Positions 58,566 to 64,000 of a stretch of 64,000 nucleotides of DNA are shown piece after piece. Position 1 is the first letter of the stretch; every line of letters begins with the position of its first letter. Below the pieces are notes generated by a model that saw nothing but the letters and a program-made list of their open reading frames with translations, was not told where the DNA came from and ran no database searches. The DNA comes from Alphaproteobacteria bacterium. GTDB taxonomy: Bacteria > Pseudomonadota > Alphaproteobacteria > MPNO01 > UBA830. Location of the stretch: assembly GCA_964291215.2 (NCBI GenBank), contig OZ219791.1, forward strand, positions 1,792,001 through 1,856,000, given 5' to 3'. The translations under genes were made by a program, and so were the position numbers.

Positions 58566-60791
58566 CTACAGGAAGCTGTAGGGATCGACATCGATATCGA
58601 CGCGCACGCCCGGCGGCGGCTGCGATTCGAAAATCCATCGCCGAAGCAACTTCTGGATGCTGACGTTTTTCCGGGCGCGCAGCAGGAGGCGCCGGCGGTG
58701 GCGGCCGCGAATGAGCGCCACCGGTGCCGGCGCCGGCCCCAGAACGGTCACGCCGGCGCTGCGTGGCGCCGACTGCCCGAGGCGTGCGGCCGTCTCGTCG
58801 ACCCGATCCTCCCGGGGTCCGTGCACGATCACCGCGGCGAGGCGGCCGTAGGGCGGCATGCCGGACTCCCGCCGCGCCCGGGCCTCGACGCCGATGAACC
58901 GGTCGCGGTCGCTGGCCACCAGCGCTTCCATCACCGGGTGCTCGGGTTGCCAGGTCTGGATGAGGACCCGGCCCGGCCGTTCGGCGCGGCCGGCCCGGCC
59001 GCCAACCTGATGGAGCACCTGATAGGTGCGTTCGGCAGCCCGAAGGTCACCGCCGGAGAGCCCGAGATCGGCATCGACCGCGCCGACGAGGGTGAGGTGC
59101 GGGAAATGAAACCCCTTGGCCATGATCTGGGTGCCGATCAGGATGTCGATCTCCCGATCGTGCATGCGGCGCACGAACCCGCGCGCGTCCTGGCCCTGCC
59201 GCAGCGTGTCGCTCGACATGACCTCGGACCGGGATTCGGGAAACCGCCGCCTGACTTCCTCCTCGAGGCGCTCGACGCCGGGTCCCACCGCGGCGAACAT
59301 GTCCGTCTCGCCGCATTCTGGACAGGCGCGGGGCGGCGGCGCCTCATGTCCGCAATGGTGGCACTGGAGGCGCCGGCTGCTGCGGTGTTCGACCAGCCAG
59401 GCGGTGCAGTTCGGACAGCCGAACCGGTGCCCGCAACTGCGGCATAGCGTCAGCGGCGCATAGCCCCTGCGGTTGAGGAACAGCATCACCTGTTCGCCGG
59501 CCGACAGGGTATCGCGCACGGCGCTGGACAGGGTCGGCGAGATCCAGGTCCGGGTCTCGAGGACTTCGTGGCGCATGTCTATGGCCGCGACCGCGGGAAG
59601 GCGGGCACCGCCGTGGCGGGCGGGAAGCTCCAGGCGGTGGTAACGTCCGCGCTCCACGTTGTCGAAGGTCTCGATCGACGGGGTCGCGGAGGCGAGAACC
59701 ACGGGAAAGCGGCCGATGCGGCCGCGGACGACGGCCATGTCGCGCGCGTTGTAGATGACCCCGTCTTCCTGCTTGTAGCTCGGATCGTGCTCTTCGTCGA
59801 TGACGATGAGGCCGAGATTCGGGAACGGCAGCAGCAGGGCCGAACGCGCCCCGACGACGAGCTGCGCCTTGCCGCGGAGCACCGCCCGCCAATTGCGCCG
59901 GCGCACCGAATCGGGGATGCCGGAGTGCCAGACCGCGGGCGGCGCGCCGAACCGGGTCTCGAAGCGCGACATCCATTCGGCGGCAAAGGCGATCTCCGGC
60001 AGCAGCACGAGGACCTGGCGGCCGCTGGCGACGGCAGCTGCGACGGCCTCGAGATAGACCTCCGTCTTTCCCGATCCGGTGACACCGTCGAGAAGGGAGA
60101 CGGAAAAGCCGCTGCCGATCCTCTCCGTCAGCCCGGCGGCTGCAGAGCGCTGGGCGTCGGATAGCGGGGGACCGGGCCGGGCCGGGTCGATGGCCGGCGC
60201 CGCGCCGCTGTCGCCGGACACCGTGGCGCGGCGCAGAAGCGCCGCCGTGGCCAGGCCGCGGACGACCGCCGGCGAGACCGCGGCCGCCTCGACGATTTCG
60301 GCGAGGGTCGCGGTGTCGCGGTCCGCGAGGGTGCGAATCACGCGCCGCCGCGCCGCGGTCATGCGCAGGCCGCCGGGAAGCGCGTCGCCGTCGGGCGACA
60401 CGCCGCCGGCAAGCATCCACGCGGCAATCGTCCTCGGTGCCGCGAGGGCGCCGCGAACGCTCATCGCCATGCGCAGCACGGCGCCGATCGGGGCCAGGGT
60501 GTAGTCGGCGATCCAGGCGATGAACTCGCGCGCGGCCGCCGGCATCGGCGGGCTGTCGAGCACCCGCGAGATCGGGCGGAGCCGTTCGCGGTCGACGGCG
60601 CCGCTTCCCGGCCCCCAGACGACACCGGTCATCCGGCGCGGGCCGAGCGGAACCTCGACGAAGGTGCCCGGCGCGGGGTCGAATCCCGGCGGTGTGGCAT
60701 AGTCGTACGGTGCGGTAAGGGCCAGCGGCAGGAGAACGGCGACCACATCCTGTTGGGCCGTCCGGTTGCCGGTGGAAACGGGCTGGTCCAT
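58566..60791 (-). CDS. priA: Primosomal protein N'
   Basis: LLDGVTGSGKTEVY, DEEHD.SYKQ, SATPS, four CxxC pairs, QVGGRAGR, DVDPYSFL. Confidence 0.97.
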   Translation of the reverse strand: MDQPVSTGNRTAQQDVVAVLLPLALTAPYDYATPPGFDPAPGTFVEVPLGPRRMTGVVWGPGSGAVDRERLRPISRVLDSPPMPAAAREFIAWIADYTLAPIGAVLRMAMSVRGALAAPRTIAAWMLAGGVSPDGDALPGGLRMTAARRRVIRTLADRDTATLAEIVEAAAVSPAVVRGLATAALLRRATVSGDSGAAPAIDPARPGPPLSDAQRSAAAGLTERIGSGFSVSLLDGVTGSGKTEVYLEAVAAAVASGRQVLVLLPEIAFAAEWMSRFETRFGAPPAVWHSGIPDSVRRRNWRAVLRGKAQLVVGARSALLLPFPNLGLIVIDEEHDPSYKQEDGVIYNARDMAVVRGRIGRFPVVLASATPSIETFDNVERGRYHRLELPARHGGARLPAVAAIDMRHEVLETRTWISPTLSSAVRDTLSAGEQVMLFLNRRGYAPLTLCRSCGHRFGCPNCTAWLVEHRSSRRLQCHHCGHEAPPPRACPECGETDMFAAVGPGVERLEEEVRRRFPESRSEVMSSDTLRQGQDARGFVRRMHDREIDILIGTQIMAKGFHFPHLTLVGAVDADLGLSGGDLRAAERTYQVLHQVGGRAGRAERPGRVLIQTWQPEHPVMEALVASDRDRFIGVEARARRESGMPPYGRLAAVIVHGPREDRVDETAARLGQSAPRSAGVTVLGPAPAPVALIRGRHRRRLLLRARKNVSIQKLLRRWIFESQPPPGVRVDIDVDPYSFL

Positions 60792-60879
60792 CGTCTAGAC
60801 TCTACTTCAGCCGTCCGGGATCGCCAACCGGCCGTCCGGCGGGCGCGTCGACGGAACGGACAGGGGCCGGAGCAGGTTC

Positions 60880-61536
60880 ATGAAGTTTTTCGTGGATTCG
60901 GCGGACGCCGCCGAAATCCGGGATCTTGCCGCAACCGGCCTGGTTGACGGCGTGACCACCAACCCTTCGCTGATCGCGAAGTCGGGGCGCCCGTTCCTCG
61001 ATGTCATCGCCGAGATCTGCGCCATCGTCGGCGGGCCGGTGAGTGCCGAGGTTGCGGCGACCGACCACGAAACGATGATGGCCGAGGGGCGGAAGCTCGC
61101 CGGGCTGGCGCCCAACGTCGCGGTCAAGGTGCCGCTGACGCCGGACGGGCTCAGGACCTGCAAGGCGCTTTCCGACGAAGGCGTTACCGTCAACGTGACC
61201 CTGTGTTTCTCGGCCGGACAGGCGCTTCTGGCCGCCAAGGCGGGGGCCGCCTTCGTTTCGCCGTTTGCCGGCCGCCTCGACGATATCGGGCATGACGGCC
61301 TGGCGCTGATCCGCGACATCTGCGCCATCTATGCAAATTACGACGATCTCCGCACCAGCGTGCTGGCGGCATCGGTGCGCGGCCCCGCGCACGTGATCGA
61401 GGCGGCGAGGGCTGGCGCCCATGTCACGACGGTGCCGCCGGGCGTACTGCGTCAGCTGTTTCGGCATCCGCTGACCGATGCCGGGCTGGAAGCGTTCCTG
61501 GCGGACTGGCGGAAAACCGGCCAGTCGATCCTGTGA
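60880..61536 (+). CDS. tal: Transaldolase / fructose-6-phosphate aldolase family
   Basis: [40 protein letters not shown]. Confidence 0.9.
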   Translation: MKFFVDSADAAEIRDLAATGLVDGVTTNPSLIAKSGRPFLDVIAEICAIVGGPVSAEVAATDHETMMAEGRKLAGLAPNVAVKVPLTPDGLRTCKALSDEGVTVNVTLCFSAGQALLAAKAGAAFVSPFAGRLDDIGHDGLALIRDICAIYANYDDLRTSVLAASVRGPAHVIEAARAGAHVTTVPPGVLRQLFRHPLTDAGLEAFLADWRKTGQSIL

Positions 61537-61543
61537 GCCTGCC

Positions 61544-62257
61544 GTGATCAACGACGCTCCAGGTCAGGCCGCGGCGCCGGAAGGGAACCAGTTCTCGCCC
61601 GAGGCGGTGCTCGACTGGCTGCGCCGCAATCCCGATTTCCTGAGCGACAATCCCGAGGTGCTGGCGACGCTTGCGCCGCCGCAGCGCCGCTTCGGCGACG
61701 GCGTCGTCGACATGCAGAAATTCATGCTCGACCGGCTGCAGACGAGATTCTCGGTCCTTCAGCGGCGCGAGCAGCAGATCATGTCGGCCGCCGACGACAA
61801 CGCCGATCGCCAGGCGAGGATACTTCAGGCCGCGCTCGAGCTCGTTGCGGCGGCGGATATCGATGCCCTTGCCGGTTTCCTGCGGTCGAATCTGCCGGAG
61901 ACACTCGACCTGGAGGCTGCCGCCTTCTGCGTCGAGGACGGTCCCGGGCCGCGGTGGCCCGCCGGGACCCGCGTTCTCGCCGCTAAACGGATACGGTACC
62001 TCATGGGGACGAGGCAGCAGGTCGTGCTGAAGTCCGCCTACAAGGCGAAACCGGATGTGTTCGGAGACGCGTCGGCGCGCATCGGGTCTGTCGCCTATCT
62101 GCGGCTTCGCCCCGACGCCGCCGGGCGGCGGATGATGGTGGCGCTCGGGGCTGGCAGCGCGGATGGTTTCACGACGGACCAGTCCACGGATCTCCTGTGC
62201 TTCCTTGCTGACATTCTCGACATACGGCTGGAGCAATGCCGGGAAGACCGGAGCTAG
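61544..62257 (+). CDS. DUF484-family protein
   Basis: V.DWLRRNPDFL, F...Q.TDLL.FLA; conserved position upstream of xerC. Confidence 0.8.
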   Translation: MINDAPGQAAAPEGNQFSPEAVLDWLRRNPDFLSDNPEVLATLAPPQRRFGDGVVDMQKFMLDRLQTRFSVLQRREQQIMSAADDNADRQARILQAALELVAAADIDALAGFLRSNLPETLDLEAAAFCVEDGPGPRWPAGTRVLAAKRIRYLMGTRQQVVLKSAYKAKPDVFGDASARIGSVAYLRLRPDAAGRRMMVALGAGSADGFTTDQSTDLLCFLADILDIRLEQCREDRS

Positions 62258-63192
62258 TCGAATTTTTCGCGGCGCCGGACCTTCTTCCGGCGCTGGACGC
62301 CTGGCGCACATGGCTCGCGGCCGAGCGGAGGATGTCGCCGCATTCCATCGACGGATATAGCCGCGACATCGCTTCGTTTCTTGAATTCCTCCGCGAGCAT
62401 CTGGGAGAGTGCGCAGGCGTGGCGGCGCTGGCGGCACTCGGCGTTCCGGATTTCCGGGCATGGCTGACGAGCCGTGCCGACAGCGGGCTTTCGCGTACGT
62501 CGACCGCGCGCGCGCTGTCGGCGGTGCGCAACCTGTTCCGCTATCTCGAGCGCACCGGCCGCGCGGTCAATCCGGCCCTGGCATCCGTGCGGACCCCGCG
62601 GACCGGACGCGGCATCCCCAAGGCGCTGAGCGAGACCGACGCCGTCGACCTGCTTCGCCGCGCCGCCGAGGTCGCGCCGCAACCCTGGATCGGCGCCCGC
62701 GACGTCGCCGTGCTCACACTGCTCTACGGGTGCGGGCTGCGCATCGACGAAGCGCTGGGTCTCGACCAGCGTGATGTTCCCGACGGCGATGTCATGGTGA
62801 TCACCGGAAAGGGAGGCAAGCAACGCGTCGTGCCGGTGCTTCCCGTGGTCGCCGACGCTATGCGGGTGTACCGCAAGGCCTGCCCGTTTCCGGACGAGGC
62901 AGACCGGCCGTTGTTCTACGGCGCCCGCGGCGGCCGGCTGAACGCGGGCGTCGTGCAGCGCGCCATGCGCACCCTGCGCGCTGATCTCGGGTTGCCGGAA
63001 AGCGTCACGCCGCATGCGCTGCGCCACAGTTTCGCGACCCACCTGCTGGCAGGCGGCGGCGATCTGCGCACGATCCAGGAACTGCTCGGCCACGCCTCGC
63101 TGTCAACTACCCAGCGCTATACCGAAGTCGATACCGCGCGCCTTACCGAGGTGTACGACCGCTCGCATCCGCGTGCGGTGGGCAGACGATAG
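62236..63192 (+). CDS. xerC: Tyrosine recombinase XerC
   Basis: LYGCGLRIDE, GKGGKQRVVP, TPHALRHSFATHLL, LGHASLSTTQRYT. Confidence 0.92.
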   Translation: MPGRPELVEFFAAPDLLPALDAWRTWLAAERRMSPHSIDGYSRDIASFLEFLREHLGECAGVAALAALGVPDFRAWLTSRADSGLSRTSTARALSAVRNLFRYLERTGRAVNPALASVRTPRTGRGIPKALSETDAVDLLRRAAEVAPQPWIGARDVAVLTLLYGCGLRIDEALGLDQRDVPDGDVMVITGKGGKQRVVPVLPVVADAMRVYRKACPFPDEADRPLFYGARGGRLNAGVVQRAMRTLRADLGLPESVTPHALRHSFATHLLAGGGDLRTIQELLGHASLSTTQRYTEVDTARLTEVYDRSHPRAVGRR

Positions 63193-63512
63193 GTACCTGC
63201 CGGCGTTCCTCGCGTATTCCGGCCATGTCCGCCGTGCCCTTCGGATGACCCTGTCCGAGATCCCGTATCGTCGACGGACCCGTACATGGCACATGCGAAT
63301 GCGGGCGCGCGGGATACCGCCGACTGCACTCGTTCGAACGTTGCAGGCCGGTTTCTCCGCATTCGATCTCGGACCGCCATATGGGCATGGAGTATTGGCC
63401 TTGCATTCAAAAGGCCGAAGATGGCCTATTGAAATCGAATTAGGGGCCGGTTATGGCCTTTAAAGTGTGATTTCGTGGCATAAACGGTCACAAATTACCG
63501 TTCGGGGGAAAT

Positions 63513-63844
63513 ATGAAGGCATCACGCCAGATCGAAATCGAAATAGGATTCCGCATGGCAAGATTGCGGCTGCCCCGCAACGTGACGCAATCCATGTTGG
63601 CAGAAGATGCCGGGATCGGTTTACGCACGTTGCGGCGTCTCGAGTCCGGTGAACCCTCGACACCTTCCTGCGGGTCGCCCTGGCGCTGGACCTCAGCGAT
63701 GCGATCCTCGGTGCGATACCGAGAGCTCAGATGCGCCTGATCGAGCGTATCTCGCGGATCGGTTCTGAGCGCCGGCAGGTACGTCCGCTGCCGGAGCGAG
63801 ATATGGGCCGGATCTGGATGTGGGGCGATGATCCGGACGGCTGA
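63513..63844 (+). pseudogene. XRE-family HTH regulator, frameshifted
   Basis: RNVTQSMLAEDAGIGLRTLRRLESG; continues in another frame (TFLRVALALDL). Confidence 0.6.
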
Positions 63845-64000
63845 GGCAAACATCATCCTGCATAGTGAACTCTCCGGGGCAGCATCCCGACCCCGGACGC
63901 CCGGTCGGAATTCCGCGGATCATCGGCTGAATTGCCTGGCCAGTCAACTCGTCGTCGGGACAACACCGGCAGCTGATGCTCACGGGTATCCGTGTGTCGT

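Noticed and set aside
62236-63192. Prophage or island integrase
   Set aside because: Sequence and DUF484 context match housekeeping XerC

Overview
High-GC alphaproteobacterial (Rhodospirillales-like) chromosome segment. Intact housekeeping and catabolic blocks (cysD-cysNC, reductive dehalogenase, selA-selB-selC, hmgA-fahA, amtB, atpHAGDC, priA, transaldolase, xerC) alternate with dense nests of degenerate insertion sequences (IS630, two IS66 types, ISAs1, IS30, IS256, IS1634, IS4-like, IS3), a group II intron fragment and integrase remnants. The main hidden signal is directly downstream of the selenocysteine machinery. Three genes that the ORF track splits or truncates are single in-frame UGA-readthrough selenoproteins (AhpD-like CxxU, peroxiredoxin-like UxxC, iodothyronine-deiodinase-like). 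Each has a SECIS-like hairpin, and they converge on a cobalamin-dependent reductive dehalogenase, suggesting a selenium plus B12 dehalogenation island. Also notable: every IS has conserved ends but a coding region full of small, often shared deletions; an IS30-bounded composite unit carrying an intact surface lipoprotein sits inside an IS1634 that splits an alpha-E gene; an IS66-type element carries a Dam-like methylase; and an Rpn gene has an internal antitoxin-type start. Family assignments come from motif recognition, not database searches.
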